64,000 nt of DNA from Candidatus Poribacteria bacterium. Its GTDB lineage: Bacteria; Poribacteria; WGA-4E; WGA-3G. A program made the translations under genes and the position numbers. Position 1 is the stretch's first letter. Each line of letters opens with the position of its first letter. This document shows, one piece after another, positions 9,524 to 19,395 of the stretch. The stretch covers positions 2,910,956-2,974,955 of the forward strand of contig OY730443.1 of NCBI GenBank assembly GCA_963422705.1. The letters are read 5' to 3'. The notes below the pieces were generated by a model. The model ran no database searches and was not told where the DNA came from. It saw only the letters and a list, made by a program, of their open reading frames with translations.

Positions 9524-10615
9524 TTGGAAACCGCTACAATAGAAGAGGAAAATCGAACTATGGAAGAATGGAAACAGCTCGTTAGGGATACTGTGAATAC
9601 ACCTGAAAAACTCGCCGCTGTCTTTGATGTTGATATAGAGGAAATCCGACGCATTCACAAAGAATTCCCAATACGCATCAATCCCTATTATCTCAGCCTC
9701 ATAGAAAAGCCCGGTGACGCGATTTGGAAACAGGTCGTTCCTAACCCCAGGGAATTGATTAGCACCGGTGTCGAAGACCCGCTTCACGAAGAAGATGATA
9801 GCGAGGTACCAAACGTGACACACCGCTATCCAGACAGAGCCCTCTTTTATGTCAACTATATGTGCCCGATTTATTGCCGATTCTGCACTCGAAAACGAAA
9901 AGTCGGGGACCCATATTCAATTTCTGAAAATAACATCGAAACTGGACTCGCCTACATTCAAGCACATCCCGAAATTCGGGATGTTATCATCTCTGGCGGG
10001 GACCCGCTCATGTTAACGGACAAGAAGATTGAATATATCGTCGGCGGGCTAAGAAAGATAGAGCATCTCGAAATTATCCGAATCGGTTCCCGAGTACCAG
10101 TGACGTTACCTCAGCGGATTACCCCCGAATTGTGTGACATTCTCAAGAAAAATCATCCATTTTACATCAATACACACTTCAACCACCCCCGCGAAATCAC
10201 GCCGGAAACAGAAAAGGCTTGTGGCATGTTAGCCGACGCCGGCATTCCCCTCGGTAACCAGACTGTACTACTCAAAGGGGTTAACGATGAACCAAAAGTG
10301 ATGGTTGAACTGATGAAAGGGTTGCTGCGCATCCGCGTCAAGCCATACTATATTTATCAGGCGGACCTCGTCGTCGGGACAGATCATTTCCGAACCGCCG
10401 TTAAGACAGGCTTAGAAATCGTGGCGGCGTTGCGCGGGCATATCTCCGGCCTCGGGGTACCCCACTATGTAGTTGATGCACCGGGCGGCGGTGGAAAAAT
10501 CGCCCTCATTCCAGATCCGGTTGTCACCTTTGATGATGATGAGATTCACCTACGGAATTACGAAGGCAATGTCTATAATTATCCAAGCACGCCTTTTTAT
10601 GATGAGGATTGGTAA
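9524..10615 (+). CDS. KamA-family radical SAM enzyme (lysine 2,3-aminomutase-like)
   Basis: CxxxCxxC cluster motif CPIYCRFCTRKR, then GGDPLM and other KamA-like blocks. The start may instead be the ATG at 9560 (MEEWKQL). Confidence 0.85.
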   Translation: METATIEEENRTMEEWKQLVRDTVNTPEKLAAVFDVDIEEIRRIHKEFPIRINPYYLSLIEKPGDAIWKQVVPNPRELISTGVEDPLHEEDDSEVPNVTHRYPDRALFYVNYMCPIYCRFCTRKRKVGDPYSISENNIETGLAYIQAHPEIRDVIISGGDPLMLTDKKIEYIVGGLRKIEHLEIIRIGSRVPVTLPQRITPELCDILKKNHPFYINTHFNHPREITPETEKACGMLADAGIPLGNQTVLLKGVNDEPKVMVELMKGLLRIRVKPYYIYQADLVVGTDHFRTAVKTGLEIVAALRGHISGLGVPHYVVDAPGGGGKIALIPDPVVTFDDDEIHLRNYEGNVYNYPSTPFYDEDW

Positions 10616-11032
10616 GATAAGAGGATAGGACGCCTCCCCTCCTTAGAGAAATGTGTGGAGCGCCCCTTCTGATATGTGCTATTAAGCTCGTTCGACTGAA
10701 TCCCTTCCAATTTCCATGAATTCTCCCGTAACAGGTTTAACTTGCAAGATATCCCTGTGCGAGTGAAACGCTGACGCGATATTCTAGGCAACGCTGAAAA
10801 CAGCTTGAAAACGGAATGACTTCGCGAACAGGCTGCCGGCCCTTAAGAAATTATCCAAAGTATTGTATAATATTCACTATAGTTGAGAGAAAAGGAGATG
10901 CTGCATCTGTTGAGAACTCACTCCTACACCGGCGGTATGATATTTTCACGAAGGAGCTCATTCTCATGTTTAGTAAACAGATATTAAGATTTTTGACCAA
11001 AAATAACGAATTGAAGTTCAAGGGGAAATACG

Positions 11033-13615
11033 ATGCAATTCCAATTAACTCTTTGGATGTGCCTAATATTAATCAGTGGTTCCAGCCTGACGGTATCTGC
11101 AAAGGAAGAAACTCCAGAAAAGAAAAAAGAGTTTGAGGATTTTGATAAGTTCATTCAAGATAGTCAAAGTTATCAAGGCTTTTTCAATCTGTACAAGAAA
11201 AAAGAGAACGTGTATTGCGAAATTCAGCCGTCACAATTGGAGAAACCGTTCTTATGCCTGACAAGTATTGCACGGGGGCTGGGTTCCGGCTTTCTTCTCT
11301 CAGGCATGACGTTGGATGATTGGTTGCTCGTCTGGCGGCGCATTGGCGACAGGGTGCATCTGGTGCGAAAAAATGCGCGATTTCGCGCGGAAAGCGGAAC
11401 GCCGATTGCGGAAGCGGTTGACTTGGGGCACAATGACTCAGTCCTGTTCTCCCTCAAGATTGAAAGTATCCATCCACAACGAAAAAGCCTCTTAGTGAAT
11501 CTCTCTCCCGTTTTTATCTCCGACTTACTGCCCTTGGCAAATCGTATCGGCGGCGGGGCGCGCTTTGATAAAACGCGTAGCACCTGGGGAATCATCAAGA
11601 CATTTCCGAAGAACGTTGAGTTGAAGGTGAATGCAGTCTATGCCGCGAGTGGCTACCGGGAAACCATCCCGGACAGCCGCGGCATCCAGGTGACGATGCA
11701 CTACAGCCTCACGAAACTCCCCGAAAACAACTATCGCGCCCGAATCGCTGATGACAGACTCGGGCATTTTATGACTGTCGTCAAAGACTATTCCCTTCAG
11801 ACTAGCGATGAACCGTTCGTGCGCTATGTCAACCGGTGGCACTTGGAGAAGGCAGACAAAAAGGCAAAACTGTCGCCACCGAAGGAACCCATTATCTTCT
11901 ATATTGAAAAAACGGTGCCGCACCGCTATCGTCCTTACGTCCGACAAGGCATCTTGGAATGGAACAAGGCATTTGAAAAGATTGGCTTTGTCGATGCAAT
12001 TGAAGCCCGAATTCAACAGGATTATGAGAATTGGGACCCGGAGGATGCCCGATATAACACGATTCGATGGGTTGTCGGTGCAGGCTTCGCCATTGGGCCA
12101 TCTCGCGTGAATCCTTTAACCGGGCAAATTCTCGACGCGGATATACTCATCGGTGAAAGTTGGATTAGATATTGGCAACGTGAGTATAACACGTTCTTTG
12201 ACGAGGTAGCGCAGGAACGTGAGCACCCAATAGCCGAATCGCATCTGATGTGTCAGAAGGCATCCGGACTCGCACAGCAGATGAATTTCATGGCAACTAT
12301 CATGCACGCACGCGGCTTGATGAACGAAGATGGGGAAATCCCTCAAGAATACATCGGACAGGCACTCAAAGCCTTGACGATGCACGAAGTCGGACACACC
12401 TTAGGGTTAAGACATAATTTCAAAGCGAGCACCATCTTTTCACTCGATGAATTGCAGAAGAAAACCGGGCAGGCACTTCTCGGTTCCGTCATGGAATACG
12501 ATGCCGTGAATATTGTCCCGGAAGGTAAAAAACAGGGAGATTACTATACGTCCACCATCGGTGCCTGGGATTATTGGGTAATCGAGTACGCCTATAAACC
12601 GATTCAGGCGGGGAGCCCTGAGGATGAACTGATGCAACTACGTAAAGTTGCTTCACGTGTTGCATCACCTGAATTGACGTATGGAACGGATGGAGATGCG
12701 TCCTGGTACCGTTATCGTGACTTGGACCCGTTGGTGAACCGCTGGGACCTCGGCGCAGACCCGCTTGAATTCGCCAAACAGCGGCGCGAGATTGTCGAGG
12801 GGTTGTGGAAGAAAATCGTGGAAAACGTGACAAAAGACGGCATGGGATACCAACGCGTCAGACGCGCGTTCGGCACACTGTTAGGGCAATATAGTCGGGC
12901 AATGTTCCTCGCAAGCCGCTATATCGGTGGACAGTACCACCATCGTGACCATCGTGGTGACAAAAATGGGCGGTTACCGTTCGTGCCGGTTACCGCCGCG
13001 AAACAACGTGAAGCAATGCAATTTTTGAAAGAACACGCACTTTCCGACAAAGCCTTCGATTTCCCAGCCGAGCTGCTCAACAGTCTTGCCATCACACGTT
13101 GGAGCGATTGGGGCTCAAGTAGCGGGAGTAGTACCCGTTTGGATTATCCGGTGCATGACGTTATTCTAAGAAACCAAACCCAAATCTTGGGACGATTGCT
13201 TTATCCAACGGTGCTGGCCCGCATTCAAGACACGGAGCTCAAATTTACAAAGGATGCATTCACATTGCCAGAACTCTTTTCAGGCATTACAGATGCGGTT
13301 TGGGTAGAGTTGGAACGCGAGGTTGGGGGAAAGCCGTGGTCCAATTCGAAGCCGTTTATCTCTAGTTTCCGCCGTGGCTTGCAGCGCGAACACCTCAAGC
13401 AGTTGATTAAGTTGGTGTTGGACGCCGATAGCGGTACACCTGAGGATGCCAGAGCGCTTGCCCGTCAACATCTGCTACAAATCAACAGGAAAATCCAGGG
13501 GAGCCTGCAAAACGCTGGGGGGAGACTCGACGACTATAGTTCGGCACATCTCCAAGAATCGGAAGTTAGGGTGGAAAAGGCGTTGGACGCCGGGTTTGAG
13601 GTGAAAAGACGCTAA
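11033..13615 (+). CDS. secreted zinc-dependent metalloprotease (DUF4953/DUF5117-like)
   Basis: 860 aa with a signal peptide and the zincin motif HEVGHTLGLRHNF. Confidence 0.8.
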   Translation: MQFQLTLWMCLILISGSSLTVSAKEETPEKKKEFEDFDKFIQDSQSYQGFFNLYKKKENVYCEIQPSQLEKPFLCLTSIARGLGSGFLLSGMTLDDWLLVWRRIGDRVHLVRKNARFRAESGTPIAEAVDLGHNDSVLFSLKIESIHPQRKSLLVNLSPVFISDLLPLANRIGGGARFDKTRSTWGIIKTFPKNVELKVNAVYAASGYRETIPDSRGIQVTMHYSLTKLPENNYRARIADDRLGHFMTVVKDYSLQTSDEPFVRYVNRWHLEKADKKAKLSPPKEPIIFYIEKTVPHRYRPYVRQGILEWNKAFEKIGFVDAIEARIQQDYENWDPEDARYNTIRWVVGAGFAIGPSRVNPLTGQILDADILIGESWIRYWQREYNTFFDEVAQEREHPIAESHLMCQKASGLAQQMNFMATIMHARGLMNEDGEIPQEYIGQALKALTMHEVGHTLGLRHNFKASTIFSLDELQKKTGQALLGSVMEYDAVNIVPEGKKQGDYYTSTIGAWDYWVIEYAYKPIQAGSPEDELMQLRKVASRVASPELTYGTDGDASWYRYRDLDPLVNRWDLGADPLEFAKQRREIVEGLWKKIVENVTKDGMGYQRVRRAFGTLLGQYSRAMFLASRYIGGQYHHRDHRGDKNGRLPFVPVTAAKQREAMQFLKEHALSDKAFDFPAELLNSLAITRWSDWGSSSGSSTRLDYPVHDVILRNQTQILGRLLYPTVLARIQDTELKFTKDAFTLPELFSGITDAVWVELEREVGGKPWSNSKPFISSFRRGLQREHLKQLIKLVLDADSGTPEDARALARQHLLQINRKIQGSLQNAGGRLDDYSSAHLQESEVRVEKALDAGFEVKRR

Positions 13616-13632
13616 ACCCATATGACGGTTTT

Positions 13633-13671
13633 CACGCCCGCCGAATGCTACTAGTGCATTCGGCGGGCGTG
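13633..13671 (+). terminator. 16-bp perfect stem hairpin downstream of the metalloprotease gene
   Basis: CACGCCCGCCGAATGC-tactagt-GCATTCGGCGGGCGTG, starting 18 nt after the stop codon. No U-tract follows, so the mechanism is uncertain. Confidence 0.55.
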
Positions 13672-13778
13672 GAAACACACACTCAATCGCGATTCCCTTT
13701 TCGCTACACCCCCTCGTCAGAAGCAAAATCCGGACAAATTTCTTCTCAGCTGATAAAGTGACCTTCATTTGAACAGAC

Positions 13779-14747
13779 ATGCGAATTGATTGCCAAAGCC
13801 ACATCTTTCCAGATGCCTATATTGAAATTCTTGCGCAGAATCCGCATCCACCGCAAGTGATTCGCTCCGGGAATGAAGCCGTCGTTACATACGGCGATGT
13901 CCAGCAGTTTCGGTTACAAGTCGAGGCGTACCAACCGATGCGAAAACTCAAGGATATGGATGCAGCCGGGGTTGACATGGCCCTGCTCAGTACCAACATT
14001 CCTCCCCCGTGTATGCTGGCTCCGGAATTAGGGCTCAAAGGAGCAGAAGCAATTAACGATGCGATTGCGACGCTTGTCAATGCGTATCCGAATCGATTTG
14101 CGGGGTTCGCATGTCTCCCGTGGCAAAACCCAGAAGAGGCGATAACGGAAATGGACCGGGTCAAGGCAATGGCGTTCCGGGGTATCATGCTCTATTCGCA
14201 CATTGGTGGGGCTCCGGTTGATGAAGCGCGTTTTCTGCCAGTCTACGCGCACGCTGAAGCAAGCCGGATTCCGATTGTTATGCATCCAACTGTCCCTACC
14301 TGGGGGGCAGCTATTAAAGCGCATTGGATGATTGGCATGATGGGACTCCAGGTGGATTGTAGTTTCGCACTATTACGCTTGATACTTAGCGGCGTTTTGG
14401 AACGGCATCCAGACTTGGAACTCGTGATGCCACATCTAGGCGGAATTCTTCCGTATATGAGCGGTAGACTTGATCATCAAACGGAAGTGTTAGGTAGGGC
14501 GAAAAAGCATATCACGCACCCACCGAGTGCTTATCTACGACGGCTCTATTTGGACACCGTGTCGCCCTCAGCCGAAGCGTTGCAGTATGCCTATCAATTT
14601 TCTGGTGCAGCGCGCCTGCTCTTCGGGAGCGATCATCCGTGGAGTGACATGCCCCGGTTTGTCCGCTTGATTGAGGAGATGCGCATTCCTGAAATGGAGA
14701 AAGCGCAGATTTTTGGAGAGAATGCGAAGACGTTGTTTCGGTTATAG
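13779..14747 (+). CDS. amidohydrolase-2 family protein (ACMSD-like metal-dependent hydrolase/decarboxylase)
   Basis: The N-terminal IDCQSHIFP motif and the C-terminal FGSDHPW are typical of the family. Confidence 0.8.
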   Translation: MRIDCQSHIFPDAYIEILAQNPHPPQVIRSGNEAVVTYGDVQQFRLQVEAYQPMRKLKDMDAAGVDMALLSTNIPPPCMLAPELGLKGAEAINDAIATLVNAYPNRFAGFACLPWQNPEEAITEMDRVKAMAFRGIMLYSHIGGAPVDEARFLPVYAHAEASRIPIVMHPTVPTWGAAIKAHWMIGMMGLQVDCSFALLRLILSGVLERHPDLELVMPHLGGILPYMSGRLDHQTEVLGRAKKHITHPPSAYLRRLYLDTVSPSAEALQYAYQFSGAARLLFGSDHPWSDMPRFVRLIEEMRIPEMEKAQIFGENAKTLFRL

Positions 14748-14811
14748 AGCTGGCCGCATAGCATCAACACCTGGCCCGACAGTCCATAGATTGCAAATGA
14801 GGTTTTAGGAT

Positions 14812-15609
14812 ATGGAATTGACAGACACGCAACGGTTTTTCTTTGATAACAACGGATATTTAGTGCTGGAAAGCTTTCTAACGGCACCGCATGTTGAGGG
14901 GCTCCGGGGAGCGCTCACGGCATCAATTGAAAAACGGCGAGAATGCGAGGAAAAAGGGCTTCCACAAACGGGGATGACGCACCTTAACGGTGAGAAAAGC
15001 ACGCGTATTTTTTACATTCTCGGTGACAATCCACTGTTCTTGGAATTGCTGGATTGGGCGCCGATTTTGCCTTACGTTACGGGGTTGCTCAATAAGATGC
15101 CACACCATCACGCATCCGATGCAATCGTTGAATATGGGACGGATTTGATGCAGCGCCCTATGGGATGGCATATTGATGGGCACGATGAAGGGTACCGCTA
15201 TCTACGTCCAATTCCGTTGTTGCAACTCAAAATCGGCTACTATTTAACCGATATGACAGAAGGGGGACAAGGCAATCTCTGGCTGATTCCGGGCAGCCAC
15301 AAGGCGATGCATAACCCGGACTGGAAAGCCCTTCGCTATCCTTATGAGTACCCCGGGGCCTTAGAAATCTGTGCGCCGCCGGGGAGCGCGATTCTGTTTC
15401 ACAACGCGCTCTGGCATTCGTCTGGAATCTTTACAAACCCCAATGGACGCCGCGAAATGCTTTATTACGCCTACGAACACCCATGGATGATAGCTTCTGA
15501 AGAACATTGGGGCTATCCAAAGGATTTCTATAACACACGGCTTTCGGCTGCACAGCGAAAGTTTTTTCATGGGTTTGTATTTGAACCGCCCGAACAGCGC
15601 TGGGGGTGA
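14812..15609 (+). CDS. phytanoyl-CoA dioxygenase (PhyH) family protein
   Basis: N-terminal FFDNNGYLVLESFL and a W-H-x-D iron-binding region (GWHIDGHD..), with a later H (ALWHSSG). Confidence 0.8.
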   Translation: MELTDTQRFFFDNNGYLVLESFLTAPHVEGLRGALTASIEKRRECEEKGLPQTGMTHLNGEKSTRIFYILGDNPLFLELLDWAPILPYVTGLLNKMPHHHASDAIVEYGTDLMQRPMGWHIDGHDEGYRYLRPIPLLQLKIGYYLTDMTEGGQGNLWLIPGSHKAMHNPDWKALRYPYEYPGALEICAPPGSAILFHNALWHSSGIFTNPNGRREMLYYAYEHPWMIASEEHWGYPKDFYNTRLSAAQRKFFHGFVFEPPEQRWG

Positions 15610-15771
15610 GACACCCGGAAATCCCGTGACGTTTCTCAATCGACGGAAAGGAACTTATCCTCGCCGCGTCAGGCACCGGGTAGGGTATACGGATTATGAA
15701 CTGTAGTGCCAACTTCGCGGATTTGCCTAAGTTCAACAAAGCCTACCGCTGAACGCGGTATAAAGGACGAC

Positions 15772-16194
15772 ATGCTGACTATATCAGAACTACCGACACT
15801 CAACGCCACTTTAAATATGATGAGTGGTACACTACTGATGGTGGGTTACGTGCTGATTCGGAAAGGCAAAATTGTGGCACATAAAAATTGCATGCTCGCT
15901 GCCTTTACGATTTCAGCCCTTTTTCTTATTTCTTATCTTATCTACCATTATCACGCCGGCTCAAAAAAGTTTACCTTGGAAGGGTGGATTCAACCGGTCT
16001 ATTTTACTATCCTGATTTCACATATCATTTTGGCGTTCCTCATTCTTCCGTTGGCCCTGCGGACGCTCTATCTCGCATGGCGAAAACGGTTTGACGCACA
16101 CCGCCGGAACGCAAAGATAACGTTACCGATATGGTTGTATGTGTCGATAACCGGGGTGATTATTTATCTGATGTTGTACCATCTTGACAATTGA
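15772..16194 (+). CDS. DUF420 family membrane protein
   Basis: Four TM helices and the N-terminal LPTLNATLN motif typical of DUF420. I start at the internal ATG at 15772. Confidence 0.75.
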   Translation: MLTISELPTLNATLNMMSGTLLMVGYVLIRKGKIVAHKNCMLAAFTISALFLISYLIYHYHAGSKKFTLEGWIQPVYFTILISHIILAFLILPLALRTLYLAWRKRFDAHRRNAKITLPIWLYVSITGVIIYLMLYHLDN

Positions 16195-16267
16195 CGTAAC
16201 AAAATGCCGGAACTTTTAAGGAGAACAGAAATGTTTTTACGGAAACACTGGTGCGCGCAAGTTGATA

Positions 16268-16723
16268 CTAATCTACCTCATTCCGTTCCGCGAGCGCCTT
16301 AACGCCCGTAAAAAATTTGCCAATCATCATCTTCCCGGCACTGCCGATGATGCGCTGCCCGACGCGGGCGAGTTTGCCACCAACGTTCAATTCGGCGACT
16401 AAGCCGATTTCAGTGTTACCGCGCTCGAACTCATTCAATGTGAACTCACATGAACCGTTGAGGAACCCGATTTTACTTTTTCCGTTAACGACGAGACGAT
16501 ACGATGCCGGGGGCTGTTTGTCCTCAATCTTGACGTTCCCCTGATAAGTCCCTTTAATTGAAGCGAGGCCGACTCTAATTGTCGCAGCAAAGGTATCTTC
16601 GTCTTCTAAAGGTTCCAATGTCTCACACCCCGGAATGCACTGGTGCAGAAATTCTGGAGTTGTCAAGTATTGCCACACCTTGTCTTGGGAAGCTGACACG
16701 GTGTAACTGTTTTTAATTTGCAT
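16268..16723 (-). CDS. coxG: CoxG/SRPBCC family protein
   Basis: 151 aa with CoxG-like blocks (VWQYL..PEFL..CIPGCE, ..IKGTYQG..). Confidence 0.75.
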   Translation of the reverse strand: MQIKNSYTVSASQDKVWQYLTTPEFLHQCIPGCETLEPLEDEDTFAATIRVGLASIKGTYQGNVKIEDKQPPASYRLVVNGKSKIGFLNGSCEFTLNEFERGNTEIGLVAELNVGGKLARVGQRIIGSAGKMMIGKFFTGVKALAERNEVD

Positions 16724-16726
16724 CGG

Positions 16727-17617
16727 CTATTCCCCTGCGTAGGGCCGGAATCCACGCAGCATTAATCCTCTATCCCCAGATTTCTTCTTCGCTTCAGCCG
16801 CGCGTCTTTCTGCCGAGGCACGATTTTCGGTTGTGGTGCCACCGACAACCACGTAGTCGTCCGTTCGACGATAGCGATTGATAAAGACAGGGCGGGGTTT
16901 TTCCGACAGATTCTGTTTAGAACCGTGAATAGTCTTGACGTTAAAGAAGATAGAGTCTCCAGCTCTTCCCGTCACCGGGAGTGCGCTCTCCCACGTCCAT
17001 TCATCCTCCCCCAAACCGAGGTGTGAAAAGGTATCAACATGCTTGAGTTGTCCCAACCGATGCGAGCCTGGAACGACGTGCAACGCGCCGTTCCGTAAAT
17101 CCGTGTCCACAACGTAGTTTAGGATGCCGACAGGACCTTCATAGCGGTGTTCAAAATACGCAGAATCTTGATGTAAATGTTTCGGATGCCCACCGACAGG
17201 CTCCTTGTAGAGACACTGCCCATTGCCGAACAACTCAACGTTCTGTCCCAAGATTGCCTCAACAATGCTGACAGTGCGTTCATCAAAAGCCGAGCGGAAG
17301 AAGGCTGCACTCGTCTGATAATTGACAGCAAGCACCATAATTTGTTTATCCCGTTGATAGCTAGAAGGGGCAGGGATGAAAAGTGTACCGTTGGGTGTAC
17401 GCCAGCCTTCGACGATGCGTTCAGCCTTATCAAGTAGCGCGAGAGATTCTGACGCTGCGGCTTCAATGTCTTGGTGAATCGCCTCAATATAAGGTTCCAT
17501 CAAACCACGAACGACAAGGCATCCGTACTCTTTAAAGAGCAACGCTGCCTTCTGGACATCCACATCGTCGGCGGACATCTCAATTTCTTTAACACCTATT
17601 TTCTGTTCTTGACTCAT
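16727..17617 (-). CDS. phytanoyl-CoA dioxygenase (PhyH) family protein
   Basis: 296 aa with H-x-D (HLHQDSAY) and a distal H (TIHGS). It is separated by 3 nt from the coxG-like gene. Confidence 0.8.
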   Translation of the reverse strand: MSQEQKIGVKEIEMSADDVDVQKAALLFKEYGCLVVRGLMEPYIEAIHQDIEAAASESLALLDKAERIVEGWRTPNGTLFIPAPSSYQRDKQIMVLAVNYQTSAAFFRSAFDERTVSIVEAILGQNVELFGNGQCLYKEPVGGHPKHLHQDSAYFEHRYEGPVGILNYVVDTDLRNGALHVVPGSHRLGQLKHVDTFSHLGLGEDEWTWESALPVTGRAGDSIFFNVKTIHGSKQNLSEKPRPVFINRYRRTDDYVVVGGTTTENRASAERRAAEAKKKSGDRGLMLRGFRPYAGE

Positions 17618-17843
17618 GAAATATTCTCCTTAAATTGTTTGATTTGAGCGGGCTACCTGCCGTGAAGCTCGGAAACCGGTAGCTCACGATAAAATCTTGT
17701 CTAGCAGCTATTGAATGCCATATGTGATTTGTCTGTTGTAATAGTGAGGTATTTTTCCATGAAGTATAAGTATGGCGAGTCTAAAGATGTGATTCTTAAT
17801 GCGGGCTGCTCATCGCTTGTTTAGAGAAAAACGGCGTAGTTTT

Positions 17844-18185
17844 TTAACCCCAGGGGGGCCGCCTGCCAGTCAATTTAGCCAAATAATCAGCTGTATTGCG
17901 GACATCGGTTTTGAGTTCATTTTTTGCCCGCGTTGTGCCGGCGTCTTCAGTGACATAAGTTACCCGGTAGGCGCCGTTTTTCATACGATGCAGTGCGTAT
18001 TCGCCTGGGACATTCCGGTTGATATACCGGAGCATGTCGTGCAACAGCCAATAAACATCTTCGGCAGAATACCTGAGTTTATTGTGTGCGGTTTCTTTTT
18101 GGACGGCATCAAGCGTCAACTGGACGAGTTCGATAACTTCATCAAGGGGATAAGATTTGTCATCTGGTAATTGAATGGCGTTCAT
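17844..18185 (-). CDS. hypothetical protein
   Basis: 113-aa ORF co-directional with xdhC. No motif recognised. Confidence 0.4.
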   Translation of the reverse strand: MNAIQLPDDKSYPLDEVIELVQLTLDAVQKETAHNKLRYSAEDVYWLLHDMLRYINRNVPGEYALHRMKNGAYRVTYVTEDAGTTRAKNELKTDVRNTADYLAKLTGRRPPWG

Positions 18186-18218
18186 GGGTATCCTCCCAGT
18201 GGTATTAGCAGATTCCGC

Positions 18219-19328
18219 TTACCCAGTCGCTAATTTGATAGTTGGCATCCGGGTGGGGTTTCTATCGAAAGCGTGAAGATTGTCCGCCGCATTGCGTACC
18301 TGAATTAATTGTGATGCGATGCTGACGGCAATCTCCGGAACGGTTTTGGAGTTAATATCCAACCCAATCGGCGCATAAACGCGCTGGAGGGCTCCCGTAG
18401 AAACGCCCAGTTCGGCTAAATCGTCAAAGATGAGTTTAATCTTGCGCCGGCTCCCGATTAGCCCGACGTATCTGGCATGGGATTCAACAACACTGTGGAG
18501 TGCGGACTCATCATGCTGATGCCCTCGCGTCACAATGACGACATAAGTCAGCGCATCTATTGGATACTTGCGTAGTTCTTCAGCAATATCGCCGATAATA
18601 ATTTCGTCTGCCTCTGGGAGCCGTTCTGACGACGCAAAATCTGCCCTATCATCAATCATGACGACATCAAAATCTAACCAGTTACCGAGATGGCAGAGCG
18701 CCTTACCAACATGCCCGGCCCCTGCGATGAGTAAAGTGGGACGCGGTTGCAGTGGTTCAAAAAAAACCGAATATGTTTGGTTGAATTCAAAGAGGCCGGG
18801 ACGGTTTTGTTCGATAATCGTATCGATTTTGCTTTCTACCGCGGTTTCCAAAGCGGTATTACCTAACGTGCCGATGCGTTCACCATTCAGGGCGAAAATC
18901 ATCTTCCTGCCCACATTCACGCTGCACTCTTCGCTTCTCACAACCATTGCACAAACGAGGGATATCTTCCGCGCATTGAGTGCTTGTATGCAGGTGAACA
19001 TCTCCGCTTCGGCTTCGGTTTGCGGAAGGTCGATGAAGATTTTCATATTCCCCCCACAGATAAGTCCATCGTCCCATCCATAGTCGCTATCCAATTGAAA
19101 CTCAAGCAGGCGTGGGATACCCCCTTGCATCAAGCCAATCGCTTGTCGACGGGCTTCAGCTTCAACACAGCCACCACCGAGTGTACCGATATTGCGAAGA
19201 TCCGGAAGGATTAACAGCTTCGAGCCCGGCTTTTGAGGTGTTGAGCCTTTCGTTTCCACAACTGTGCAATACGCACCAATTTGTGACGCCTCAATGAGTT
19301 CTGGGATTTTTTGATATATTTCTTTCAT
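18219..19328 (-). CDS. xdhC: XdhC/CoxI family molybdoenzyme maturation factor
   Basis: N-terminal XdhC_CoxI block (..GSTPQKPGSKLL.., GGCVEAE) and a C-terminal Rossmann-like LLIAGAGHVGKAL. Confidence 0.85.
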   Translation of the reverse strand: MKEIYQKIPELIEASQIGAYCTVVETKGSTPQKPGSKLLILPDLRNIGTLGGGCVEAEARRQAIGLMQGGIPRLLEFQLDSDYGWDDGLICGGNMKIFIDLPQTEAEAEMFTCIQALNARKISLVCAMVVRSEECSVNVGRKMIFALNGERIGTLGNTALETAVESKIDTIIEQNRPGLFEFNQTYSVFFEPLQPRPTLLIAGAGHVGKALCHLGNWLDFDVVMIDDRADFASSERLPEADEIIIGDIAEELRKYPIDALTYVVIVTRGHQHDESALHSVVESHARYVGLIGSRRKIKLIFDDLAELGVSTGALQRVYAPIGLDINSKTVPEIAVSIASQLIQVRNAADNLHAFDRNPTRMPTIKLATG

Positions 19329-19395
19329 TTTTACGTTGACGCGCTTTTTCGCTAAGCGCCGCCAAAGGCGCTTGAGAAAGGTGGCACCGGGGATT

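Noticed and set aside
10816-11136. A 106-aa ORF in the gap before the metalloprotease.
   Set aside because: It overlaps the metalloprotease signal-peptide start in another frame. It has no motif and implausible composition.
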